A stretch of DNA of 62,950 bases, the filler included, from Octopus bimaculoides (Eukaryota), in assembly GCF_001194135.2 (NCBI RefSeq). It is 7 parts of 7 records of this genome, joined end to end, with 100 filler letters (N's around TTAATTAATTAA, not from the genome) between each part and the next. Parts side by side here need not be neighbours in the genome. Positions count along the whole stretch, not along the records: positions 42,920 to 50,676 come from NC_069006.1; positions 50,777 to 56,367 come from NC_069001.1; positions 56,468 to 60,729 come from NC_068996.1; positions 60,830 to 62,950 come from NW_026436735.1; 3 more parts are not named here. The stretch is one strand, 5' to 3'. Made by a program: the position numbers and the translations under genes. The notes under the pieces were generated by a model. The model was not told the origin of the DNA, did no database searches, and was given only the letters and a program-made list of their open reading frames with translations. Below are positions 50,494 to 62,950 of this stretch, one piece after another; positions within the stretch are counted from its first letter, which is position 1, and each line of letters begins with the position of its first letter.

Positions 50494-52293
50494 TTTGTTG
50501 AGGTAGATGTATATAGTGGAGACATTCCAAATACGTAAACAAATAAATACAAACATTTAATAAATCACTCTAAAACACAAACTATGTACATATATATATA
50601 TATATGTATATATATATAATATATATTTATAATGTACATATATATGCACATATATATATATATATATATACATATANNNNNNNNNNNNNNNNNNNNNNNN
50701 NNNNNNNNNNNNNNNNNNNNTTAATTAATTAANNNNNNNNNNNNNNNNNNNNNNNNNNNNNNNNNNNNNNNNNNNNTATATATATATATATATATGCGTA
50801 TGTGTGGATATGTATGTTTGCATCATGTTAGTATATGTGTATGTATGTTTGTGGATGTCTGTCAAAGTTATATGTATCTGTGTTTATATGTGTTTGAGGC
50901 GCATTTGTATACATTAAGTGTATATATTTGCTTCCTTGCATTAATAAGTATGTGTGTCTTCCTATAATTTTGTGTCTGTCTACGAATTACTGTATACGTA
51001 TTTTTTATTCTGTTCTTAATTTTTTGTAATCTTATTCTGCTGAAGGAGCGGGATTCTAACAAAGATCTACAAAGATCCATCGTTGGAAATGTAGATAAAA
51101 CAAAATGAAAAAAATAAAATAAAGTGATTCACATTTTGAACTTCAGAAGAGTTTCACACATTTTTATTCTTCTGCTTACAGATTTTATTATGCTCGAGTT
51201 TGCTGGTTGATTTCTTTTTCCGAAAACCATTGATTATCTACATTGTCACTATGTATGTATGTATGCATGTATGTATGTATGTATGTATGTATGTATGTAT
51301 GTATGTATGTATGTATGGGTGCATATATGCATGAATGTACGTGTGCTTATTATGTATACTTATATGTATACATGCTTGTAGGTATATATATATGCCTGCA
51401 TGTGTGAATATATGTATATATGTAGGTATGTCTGTATTCATGCATGCGTGTATGCATATAGACATGTACGTATATATGTATGTATGTTTATATATGTGCA
51501 TGAGTGTACGTACGTATNNNNNNNNNNNNNNNNNNNNNNNNNNNNNNNNNNNNNNNNNNNNNNNNNNNNNNNNNNNNNNNNNNNNNNNNNNNNNNNNNNN
51601 NNNNNNNNNNNNNNNNNNNNNNNNNNNNNNNNNNNNNNNNNNNNNNNNNNNNNNNNNNNNNNNNNNNNNNNNNNNNNNNNNNNNNNNNNNNNNNNNNNNN
51701 NNNNNNNNNNNNNNNNNNNNNNNNNNNNNNNNNNNNNNNNNNNNNNNNNNNNNNNNNNNNNNNNNNNNNNNNNNNNNNNNNNNNNNNNNNNNNNNNNNNN
51801 NNNNNNNNNNNNNNNNNNNNNNNNNNNNNNNNNNNNNNNNNNNNNNNNNNNNNNNNNNNNNNNNNNNNNNNNNNNNNNNNNNNNNNNNNNNNNNNNNNNN
51901 NNNNNNNNNNNNNNNNNNNNNNNNNNNNNNNNNNNNNNNNNNNNNNNNNNNNNNNNNNNNNNNNNNNNNNNNNNNNNNNNNNNNNNNNNNNNNNNNNNNN
52001 NNNNNNNNNNNNNNNNNNNNNNNNNNNNNNNNNNNNNNNNNNNNNNNNNNNNNNNNNNNNNNNNNNNNNNNNNNNNNNNNNNNNNNNNNNNNNNNNNNNN
52101 NNNNNNNNNNNNNNNNNNNNNNNNNNNNNNNNNNNNNNNNNNNNNNNNNNNNNNNNNNNNNNNNNNNNNNNNNNNNNNNNNNNNNNNNNNNNNNNNNNNN
52201 NNNNNNNNNNNNNNNNNNNNNNNNNNNNNNNNNNNNNNNNNNNNNNNNNNNNNNNNNNNNNNNNNNNNNNNNNNNNNNNNNNNNNNNNNNNNN

Positions 52294-52347
<54 letters not shown>

Positions 52348-52575
52348 CGATTCTTTAACTACGCGTGTGTTTGTATTGTTACGGTGTATGCGTGCTCTTA
52401 TCAAAATCTTAAATGCATAATTACACATGCATACATCCACGCATACACATATATACATACACGCACGCACACACATATATATAGTACGTATACATACACA
52501 CACGCACACACACATATACACACACACATATGTATGTATGTATGTATGTGTCTATATGCAGACCAATTCATGAAG

Positions 52576-52618
<43 letters not shown>

Positions 52619-54607
52619 NNNNNNNNNNNNNNNNNNNNNNNNNNNNNNNNNNNNNNNNNNNNNNNNNNNNNNNATATATATATATATATATATATATATT
52701 AATGTGTGTGTGTATACATGTATGTGTACAGCTACATACATGTGTACAAATACATATGGCTAGAGACACACACAGACTCTCACACACAAAATACCTTATC
52801 GTGTATATATATTTTTTTAATCTCTAAACTAAGCATCAAGATTCTTCTTCGATGCCTGAGGACATCAATGCGAACATCTACGTGTGTCTTCTGCGTCTGT
52901 CCATTTCGGTGACGGTAATGTCTTTCCGCTGTCCAATCGTTCTTGCTTTTAATGATGTTTTATCGACGAACTGGACTGACGAAAATAATAACAGCAACAA
53001 CAACGGCAACAACAACAACAACAACAAAATGTCGTATACAACAATAATAATATAAACAGCAATAAGAACTATATAAAAAAAGAACAACAACAACATAAAA
53101 AACGACGAATGGAAAAAAATAATAATAATAAACCCCCAAAAATTACAGAAGCGAAACTGAAATGTGTCTTTTCTCAGGGGGCTTTGTAACCGCAGTACTG
53201 GGATCACAACATAGAGTTTTTTTCGCCCATTCTCCTATATATATATATATACAAGCTTATATATATGTATNNNNNNNNNNNNNNNNNNNNNNNNNNNNNN
53301 NNNNNNNNNNNNNNNNNNNNNNNNNNNNNNNNNNNNNNNNNNNNNNNNNNNNNNNNNNNNNNNNNNNNNNNNNNNNNNNNNNNNNNNNNNNNNNNNNNNN
53401 NNNNNNNNNNNNNNNNNNNNNNNNNNNNNNNNNNNNNNNNNNNNNNNNNNNNNNNNNNNNNNNNNNNNNNNNNNNNNNNNNNNNNNNNNNNNNNNNNNNN
53501 NNNNNNNNNNNNNNNNNNNNNNNNNNNNNNNNNNNNNNNNNNNNNNNNNNNNNNNNNNNNNNNNNNNNNNNNNNNNNNNNNNNNNNNNNNNNNNNNNNNN
53601 NNNNNNNNNNNNNNNNNNNNNNNNNNNNNNNNNNNNNNNNNNNNNNNNNNNNNNNNNNNNNNNNNNNNNNNNNNNNNNNNNNNNNNNNNNNNNNNNNNNN
53701 NNNNNNNNNNNNNNNNNNNNNNNNNNNNNNNNNNNNNNNNNNNNNNNNNNNNNNNNNNNNNNNNNNNNNNNNNNNNNNNNNNNNNNNNNNNNNNNNNNNN
53801 NNNNNNNNNNNNNNNNNNNNNNNNNNNNNNNNNNNNNNNNNNNNNNNNNNNNNNNNNNNNNNNNNNNNNNNNNNNNNNNNNNNNNNNNNNNNNNNNNNNN
53901 NNNNNNNNNNNNNNNNNNNNNNNNNNNNNNNNNNNNNNNNNNNNNNNNNNNNNNNNNNNNNNNNNNNNNNNNNNNNNNNNNNNNNNNNNNNNNNNNNNNN
54001 NNNNNNNNNNNNNNNNNNNNNNNNNNNNNNNNNNNNNNNNNNNNNNNNNNNNNNNNNNNNNNNNNNNNNNNNNNNNNNNNNNNNNNNNNNNNNNNNNNNN
54101 NNNNNNNNNNNNNNNNNNNNNNNNNNNNNNNNNNNNNNNNNNNNNNNNNNNNNNNNNNNNNNNNNNNNNTATATATATATATATATATATAAACATATGT
54201 ATATATATTGTGTAGGTTTGTGTGTGCGCGCGCTTGTGTATGTGTAAAACAATGTGGAATAAGAGAAACAAAAATGGCCGAGTGTTAGTATTTTAGAAAG
54301 ATCATGGTTGGCGTTGTTATCTGTTATTTTAGACAATTTTGTTCAATGTCAATTCTCGTCTGTGTGTGCCTCTCTCTATATATACATGCATTGTGTTGTT
54401 TTGTGCTTCGTGTTTGTGTTTGTTATTTGTTTTTTAGGCATCCGCTCTCTACACATCTTTCGTAGATCTGAGGTATGTTTTTTTGTCGATATCATCTTGC
54501 TTTTTGTACTTGTATATGTGTGTGCGTTCGGTCATTTGTATGTGTATAGTATATACATACATACATACATTCATACATACATACATACATACATAATACA
54601 TACATAC

Positions 54608-54640
<33 letters not shown>

Positions 54641-55659
54641 CATACATATCTATCTATCTATATATATATATATATATATATATANNNNNNNNNNNNNNNN
54701 NNNNNNNNNNNNNNNNNNNNNNNNNNNNNNNNNNNNNNNNNNNNNNNNNNNNNNNNNNNNNNNNNNNNNNNNNNNNNNNNNNNNNNNNNNNNNNNNNNNN
54801 NNNNNNNNNNNNNNNNNNNNNNNNNNNNNNNNNNNNNNNNNNNNNNNNNNNNNNNNNNNNNNNNNNNNNNNNNNNNNNNNNNNNNNNNNNNNNNNNNNNN
54901 NNNNNNNNNNNNNNNNNNNNNNNNNNNNNNNNNNNNNNNNNNNNNNNNNNNNNNNNNNNNNNNNNNNNNNNNNNNNNNNNNNNNNNNNNNNNNNNNNNNN
55001 NNNNNNNNNNNNNNNNNNNNNNNNNNNNNNNNNNNNNNNNNNNNNNNNNNNNNNNNNNNNNNNNNNNNNNNNNNNNNNNNNNNNNNNNNNNNNNNNNNNN
55101 NNNNNNNNNNNNNNNNNNNNNNNNNNNNNNNNNNNNNNNNNNNNNNNNNNNNNNNNNNNNNNNNNNNNNNNNNNNNNNNNNNNNNNNNNNNNNNNNNNNN
55201 NNNNNNNNNNNNNNNNNNNNNNNNNNNNNNNNNNNNNNNNNNNNNNNNNNNNNNNNNNNNNNNNNNNNNNNNNNNNNNNNNNNNNNNNNNNNNNNNNNNN
55301 NNNNNNNNNNNNNNNNNNNNNNNNNNNNNNNNNNNNNNNNNNNNNNNNNNNNNNNNNNNNNNNNNNNNNNNNNNNNNNNNNNNNNNNNNNNNNNNNNNNN
55401 NNNNNNNNNNNNNNNNNNNNNNNNNNNNNNNNNNNNNNNNNNNNNNNNNNNNNNNNNNNNNNNNNNNNNNNNNNNNNNNNNNNNNNNNNNNNNNNNNNNN
55501 NNNNNNNNNNNNNNNNNNNNNNNNNNNNNNNNNNNNNNNNNNNNNNNNNNNNNNNNNNNNNNNNNNNNNNNNNNNNNNNNNNNNNNNNNNNNNNNNNNNN
55601 NNNNNNNNNNNNNNNNNNNNNNNNNNNNNNNNNNNNNNNNNNNNNNNNNNNNNNNNNNT

Positions 55660-56367
55660 CTTCTCGTTGTTATAATTGTTGTTGCTGTCATTGTTGTCGT
55701 TGTTGTTATTGTTTTTGTTGTTGTTGTAGTTTACCTTTTTCTTTTGTTGCTTTTAATTTTGTTTACCTTTTGTTTACATTGCTTTGTTTTGATTTTTTGT
55801 TGTTTTTGTTTCTGCAGTTTTTTCCTAACTTCTCTTGATATTTTCTTGTTCGTTCTGGTTGCAGTACCGATTCCTGTTGTTGTTGTTGTTGTTGTTATCG
55901 TCGTCATCTTCGTCGTCGTCATCGTCGTTGTTGTTTTCGTTGTTGTTGTTGCTTTTGTGGTTTGTTTTCTCGTCGTTTTTGTTGTTGTTGTTGCGGCTGT
56001 TGCTGTTGCGCTGCTGTCATTGTTGTGGTGCATTTCTGAATCTTCATGGTGCTACTATGGTGATGGTGATGTTGTTGGTGGTGTTGTTGTTGTTGGTGGT
56101 GGTGGTGCTGCAACTGCTGCTGCTTCTGCTGGTGGTGATGGTGATGATGTTGGTGTTGGTGCTGGCGGTGGTGGTGCTGGTGATGATGGTGATGGTGATG
56201 TTGTTGTTGTTGGTGGTGGTGGTGATGGTGGTGCTGCTGCTGCTGCTGTTGTTGCTGCTTGTGCTGGTGGTGATGGTGATGATATTGGTGGTGCTGGTGA
56301 TGATGGTGATGTTGGTGATGGTGCTGGTGGTGATGTTGATGGTAATGTTGGTGTTGGTGTTGGTGTT
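55660..56367. repeat. Mosaic (GTT/GGT/GCT/GAT)n low-complexity array
   Basis: Degenerate GNT trinucleotide run ending at an assembly linker. Confidence 0.9.
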
Positions 56368-56669
56368 NNNNNNNNNNNNNNNNNNNNNNNNNNNNNNNNN
56401 NNNNNNNNNNNTTAATTAATTAANNNNNNNNNNNNNNNNNNNNNNNNNNNNNNNNNNNNNNNNNNNNATATATATATATATACATGTATAACCGCTTAGA
56501 TGCATTATATCTCTAGTTACACACAAACACTGAAATGTCCGTACATCATAAGCATATGCATAAACGCATATATATGCTATACGTATAAATATATGTATAT
56601 ACGTGTGTGTGTATGTGTGTGTGAGTGTGTGTGCGTGCGCCCTTATATTATACGTGTATATATTTATAC

Positions 56670-56700
<31 letters not shown>

Positions 56701-56715
56701 TATATATGTATATGA

Positions 56716-56769
<54 letters not shown>

Positions 56770-59260
56770 NNNNNNNNNNNNNNNNNNNNNNNNNNNNNNN
56801 NNNNNNNNNNNNNNNNNNNNNNNNNNNNNNNNNNNNNNNNNNNNNNNNNNNNNNNNNNNNNNNNNNNNNNNNNNNNNNNNNNNNNNNNNNNNNNNNNNNN
56901 NNNNNNNNNNNNNNNNNNNNNNNNNNNNNNNNNNNNNNNNNNNNNNNNNNNNNNNNNNNNNNNNNNNNNNNNNNNNNNNNNNNNNNNNNNNNNNNNNNNN
57001 NNNNNNNNNNNNNNNNNNNNNNNNNNNNNNNNNNNNNNNNNNNNNNNNNNNNNNNNNNNNNNNNNNNNNNNNNNNNNNNNNNNNNNNNNNNNNNNNNNNN
57101 NNNNNNNNNNNNNNNNNNNNNNNNNNNNNNNNNNNNNNNNNNNNNNNNNNNNNNNNNNNNNNNNNNNNNNNNNNNNNNNNNNNNNNNNNNNNNNNNNNNN
57201 NNNNNNNNNNNNNNNNNNNNNNNNNNNNNNNNNNNNNNNNNNNNNNNNNNNNNNNNNNNNNNNNNNNNNNNNNNNNNNNNNNNNNNNNNNNNNNNNNNNN
57301 NNNNNNNNNNNNNNNNNNNNNNNNNNNNNNNNNNNNTATATATACATATGTATATATATAGTCATTTCAAATACATGAATAAAACAACGAATGAAAACAG
57401 ACAACATGAAGATGTGGACAATAAACGTATTAGCTTGACGCTATTTCATTCTTTTACTTATTTCAGTCATTTGTCATTTCAAGCTTTTGTTATTGAACTA
57501 ATCGACTGCAGGACTTATTCTTTGTAAGCCTAGTACTTATTCTATCGAACACTTTTGCCGAACCGCTAATTCATGGCGGGTGTAGACACACCAACATCAG
57601 CTGTTAAGCGATGGTGTGGGGAGAAACACAGACACACACACACATAAATATATTCACATATCTGTTTATGATAGGCTTCTTCCAGTTTCCACCTACCAAG
57701 TCCACTTACAAGGCATTGTTGGACTGAACCAGGAACCATGTGGTTGGGAAGCAAACGTCTTACCACAAAACGACACACATACTCACACACAGACATGCAC
57801 TCACACACAAACAGACACACACACACATATATATTCATTTATTTATCCATTTGATTATGCATATATCTATATGTATATATACGTACATGTTTTGTAGATA
57901 TTGCCGTTTATAGGCAACATATTTACATATATAAATGAGTGGAGAAATTAAAGATGCACTCAACATATACATAGATGCATACATATATACACAGGCACAC
58001 AAAGCATACATATATATTCATGCATGTAGGTTCTTCTTAGCAATACGTAATGTCCAGTACCCAGACGGGCAAATCATAGTATTGGACATTTGGTATTTAT
58101 TAATTGACAGCAAGTCACAAACATCATAGTTCAAAACTGGCCCTTTGACCTGTGAGATCTCCGGATAATTACCCAGTGTTCTTTGCCATCAAGTTGCGCT
58201 GCATACATACACAAATTCATTTATACATACAAATCCAAATATTTTTTTCTCAGTTTTCGTATACTGATTCTACTGATAAGAAATTGTTGAGTCTGGGTTT
58301 AGAATACGGGACCTATGTATCCCTAAATCTCATTCTTTATGCATGTATAAATACAAAAACTACGAATATGAGAGAAAAACTTGTGTCTCTAAAAAGACCA
58401 CGATGCTGATTTGGTATTATATGGTATATACTACGAGAAAGAATACCGCTTATAAATTGTAAAAAAACAGTAATTGAAGCATACAAGAAAATAGATCGTA
58501 TTCAAAAACAAAAGTCATCGCATTATGTAGGTACTGGGTTTGAATTTTCACGAAATACCACTATGTCGACAAATTCCTATATAGATTTTGGAGTTTTGCA
58601 ACCAAAACAGATATGTATCAGACTAATAGGTACTCTCTCTTTAATCGGTTACCTTGTCTCTTGGTTCTCTCCATGTTTAATACGAAATTCTGGCAATTTA
58701 CACTACAGACGCATTACACTATCGGATGCCACCTCTTCATTTTCTAGTTTCATTACAAGATTCTACCGGTATTTGATCCGTTTCATCACTTTCATTTTCA
58801 TTAGTTATAAACACACATGTCATTTCACATTCTACAAGATGTCTTTAACTATGAATATTTATAATCATAGGCCCATGAAATTTTACAACTTACAGGTCAC
58901 ATATAAAACAGAAAAGGCAATGAAGATGTAAATGAAGCAATTGACGTATATTTCTGCACAAGTAAATTTCTTCATATTCAGTATATCAAATATGATAGGG
59001 AAAGTTTATATTCCTTATTAGTCGGTCCGACAGGAAATAATTTTAGAGCTCACTAAATACAAAGTTGGTTATTGGCGCATGATGCACACAGGAATAATGC
59101 AATAAAATAAATGAATACATACACACGTAGAAAGATGCATAAGTGTTTATACATTTATATATGTGCATTCCAAAATTCATATACATATACATACGAGCAC
59201 GTATAACACGAAAATACACGTATATGGATGTATATGATTGTATAATCATATCAATGCATG

Positions 59261-59305
<45 letters not shown>

Positions 59306-59315
59306 GTATATGCAT

Positions 59316-59365
<50 letters not shown>

Positions 59366-59436
59366 ATATATATAATTGACCCATTTATTCTATCAGAAGA
59401 ATTTTTATTCATTAAGATAGAAGAAATACACATAAT

Positions 59437-59470
<34 letters not shown>

Positions 59471-59571
59471 CATATACATGTATTGCTTTGTTTATTTTAA
59501 TGTATACATACATATAGATATGTGTTTATATATATGTATGTATATACATGTATATTCTTATATATATGTAT

Positions 59572-59616
<45 letters not shown>

Positions 59617-59863
59617 CATATATACTTATATATGTATGTGTGAGTGTGTGTATGTATTTGTATGTCTGTGTTTGTCCTCCCACCATTGCTTGATAACCGA
59701 TGTTGGTGTGTTTAAGTCCCCGTAACCTAGCGGTTCAGCAATAGAGACCGAGAGAATAAGTACTAGACTTACAAGGAATAAGTCCTGGGGTCGATTTGTT
59801 CGACAAAAGGAGATGCTCCCGCATGGCCGCAATCAAATGACTGAAACAAGTAATAGAGTAAAA

Positions 59864-59896
<33 letters not shown>

Positions 59897-60283
59897 NNNN
59901 NNNNNNNNNNNNNNNNNNNNNNNNNNNNNNNNNNNNNNNNNNNNNNNNNNNNNNNNNNNNNNNNNNNNNNNNNNNNNNNNNNNNNNNNNNNNNNNNNNNN
60001 NNNNNNNNNNNNNNNNNNNNNNNNNNNNNNNNNNNNNNNNNNNNNNNNNNNNNNNNNNNNNNNNNNNNNNNNNNNNNNNNNNNNNNNNNNNNNNNNNNNN
60101 NNNNNNNNNNNNNNNNNNNNNNNNNNNNNNNNNNNNNNNNNNNNNNNNNNNNNNNNNNNNNNNNNNNNNNNNNNNNNNNNNNNNNNNNNNNNNNNNNNNN
60201 NNNNNNNNNNNNNNNNNNNNNNNNNNNNNNNNNNNNNNNNNNNNNNNNNNNNNNNNNNNNNNNNNNNNNNNNNNNNNNNNNNN

Positions 60284-60344
<61 letters not shown>

Positions 60345-61426
60345 ATTACTCTGACTTACGTCTTTTGTTTATAGTAAATATAGACAAGTTTTAGTCATGT
60401 AATATTAGATCTTTATATTTTCTTAAATGAAATATCGAATTCACTCGTATTTTCATATCAACGCGTATAGCTCATACGTACATGCAAACGTTCCTACAAT
60501 CATATGTGTATGTGTGTTCGGGCACGTGTATGTTTGTGTAATAAGCAAAACACTAATGACTAAATGTTTTATAATAGGAAATACGTACTGCCATTAACCC
60601 TGCACTGGTTAATGAATTAATACCATTACTTCCTGTCTCTCTCCTTCTCTCTCTCTTTTCTGTCTCTCTATCTATCTATCTATTTACCTATATATAAATA
60701 TGAATATATGTATATATATATATATATATNNNNNNNNNNNNNNNNNNNNNNNNNNNNNNNNNNNNNNNNNNNNTTAATTAATTAANNNNNNNNNNNNNNN
60801 NNNNNNNNNNNNNNNNNNNNNNNNNNNNNATATATATATATATATACATATGGCGGTATGAGCATGAACTTGTATCACACCGGTTCCTTCAACTATACCG
60901 TACCAACATATCTTCTGACTCTAACACTCGCCGTCAACAGATGTATTGCTGATTGCTTTACACATGATGTAGTTCTCACTTTTCATTAATTCTTAATGAA
61001 ATCAAGCTAGAGAGTGGTAAACAGAGAAAGAAGTAAATATTACAAGAGAAATGCAATTAAACTAATGTAACAAGCTAAATAAGTTAGTTGCAGAATAATT
61101 GATTTGGACTTTCCGGAAAGAATACATGGTGCAATAAAGCTCATGCAGTAATGTATCTGTTGTAATTAAGGCAGTTCATATATTACACAAAACTTACATT
61201 TTACACATATATCCACTCACTAACACACATAAATTCGCACCGACGAACGGGAACGTAAAACTGGATAACAGCTCTTGTGATGTCTTTGCAGCTTTATTAA
61301 TAGAGAGACAGACAGACAGATAGACAGACAGACAGGTAGACAAACAGACAGACACAGAGAGACTGAGACAGAAATAAACGGACAGGCCGATAGATAGACA
61401 GACATGTAGCTGGCTAGCTAGCTAAA

Positions 61427-61515
<89 letters not shown>

Positions 61516-62950
61516 GTTTCTTTATTAGCCACACAGGACAGAACACAGAGGGGACAAAATACAATGTAGAGCTTTTCTTTTCGGAAAATAAAGGAGAAAA
61601 TAAAATTCCGATCAAAAGGGATCGTGTATCAAAATTTTTAAGGGTGTAGAAAGCAAGATTAGGTTTATCAGTGGAAAGAAAAGCCTGCGGAAAAGACCTC
61701 GGTAACCTCAGGCAGTGAGGGAATAAACACGAGTGTAAAAGTGCTCTTTCTCTCTCTTTTCNNNNNNNNNNNNNNNNNNNNNNNNNNNNNNNNNNNNNNN
61801 NNNNNNNNNNNNNNNNNNNNNNNNNNNNNNNNNNNNNNNNNNNNNNNNNNNNNNNNNNNNNNNNNNNNNNNNNNNNNNNNNNNNNNNNNNNNNNNNNNNN
61901 NNNNNNNNNNNNNNNNNNNNNNNNNNNNNNNNNNNNNNNNNNNNNNNNNNNNNNNNNNNNNNNNNNNNNNNNNNNNNNNNNNNNNNNNNNNNNNNNNNNN
62001 NNNNNNNNNNNNNNNNNNNNNNNNNNNNNNNNNNNNNNNNNNNNNNNNNNNNNNNNNNNNNNNNNNNNNNNNNNNNNNNNNNNNNNNNNNNNNNNNNNNN
62101 NNNNNNNNNNNNNNNNNNNNNNNNNNNNNNNNNNNNNNNNNNNNNNNNNNNNNNNNNNNNNNNNNNNNNNNNNNNNNNNNNNNNNNNNNNNNNNNNNNNN
62201 NNNNNNNNNNNNNNNNNNNNNNNNNNNNNNNNNNNNNNNNNNNNNNNNNNNNNNNNNNNNNNNNNNNNNNNNNNNNNNNNNNNNNNNNNNNNNNNNNNNN
62301 NNNNNNNNNNNNNNNNNNNNNNNNNNNNNNNNNNNNNNNNNNNNNNNNNNNNNNNNNNNNNNNNNNNNNNAGAATGCCTTTGTGGAGTTGAAGTCGCACA
62401 AGTTTGATCCAGGACGGCAGAGTTGCTTCAGAGCAAGGCGGCACTCGCGGTGCCATTCGCCTAGCATCGGTCTCTGTTTGATCCATGACTGCAGTTCGGC
62501 AAAGAGACGAACTGCGGGAAAGCGCGTCGCACAAACGGCGACCACACCTGCGCATCATCAACAACGGCATGCCTAGCCCTCCATTTAGCTGGTGTTGACA
62601 GCAAATGGATCACCTAACCATCGGAACGCTTCCCTTCCACAAAAAGCGGAAGAGTATGAGTTCCAGTTTGGTGATCGTAGGGTCGGGACAAGGCCCGACG
62701 ATCAGGCGGCAATCGATGACGGATGCGATGTACGCGTTCGCCACCTCCGCCCGACCTTTTAGGAATAGCTTCCTCTCGGCACATTGCTGGATGAGAGTGG
62801 CCACCCTAGTCGTTATCTCGCCCCAGTTCTTCTCAATTTGGAGGTCCGGACCGAACCTCTGAGCAATTTAACCGGTTCGTCAGTCTAGTGTCCCATGATG
62901 TAGACGCTGTTGGACGGCATGGGCTTGCTTCTCCAGGTGCAGAGCCGCAA
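61516..62950 (-). mobile_element. Tx1/L1-clade LINE, 3' portion, ending in AATAAA next to (TATC)n
   Basis: KLFLKGRAEVANAYIAS, KLELILFRFLWKG and GGLGMP motifs; GC-rich; N gap at 61762-62370; AATAAA at 61526-61521. Confidence 0.85.

Noticed and set aside
55731-56419. Gly/Val/Asp-rich or poly-Q/T ORFs
   Set aside because: Low-complexity GNT repeat truncated by a linker, with no coding asymmetry.

Overview
AT-rich, repeat-dense animal genomic DNA. The SINE, microsatellite and Penelope landscape looks like a coleoid cephalopod, probably Octopus (inference). It is not one contiguous locus: six 100-bp N44-TTAATTAATTAA-N44 linkers split it into seven joined blocks, and there are many N gaps. Genes found by reading splice sites: (1) CCZ1 (Mon1-Ccz1 Rab7 GEF subunit), minus strand, with exon 1 and exons 3-5 visible and the frame-required exon 2 not visible; (2) a candidate divergent plus-strand gene starting about 400 bp from the CCZ1 ATG, behind a perfect RFX X-box; (3) an unrecognised three-coding-exon gene, minus strand, for a 118-aa secreted Cys-containing protein that the ORF track misses; (4) one kinase-homology-domain exon of a receptor guanylate cyclase. 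The rest is mobile DNA: mariner, hAT, Merlin, piggyBac-, pogo- and Mutator-like MITEs, a Helitron-like element, Penelope-like, R4/Dong-like, CRE-like, CR1-like, RTE and Tx1 LINE relics, several SINE families and microsatellites. Most notable: the orphan secreted protein, a TSD-flanked Penelope foldback carrying two minimal hammerhead motifs 90 bp from a CCZ1 exon, and MITEs that carry telomere-like TTAGGG arrays, including one apparently nested in another copy of itself. All family assignments come from motif recognition, not database searches.
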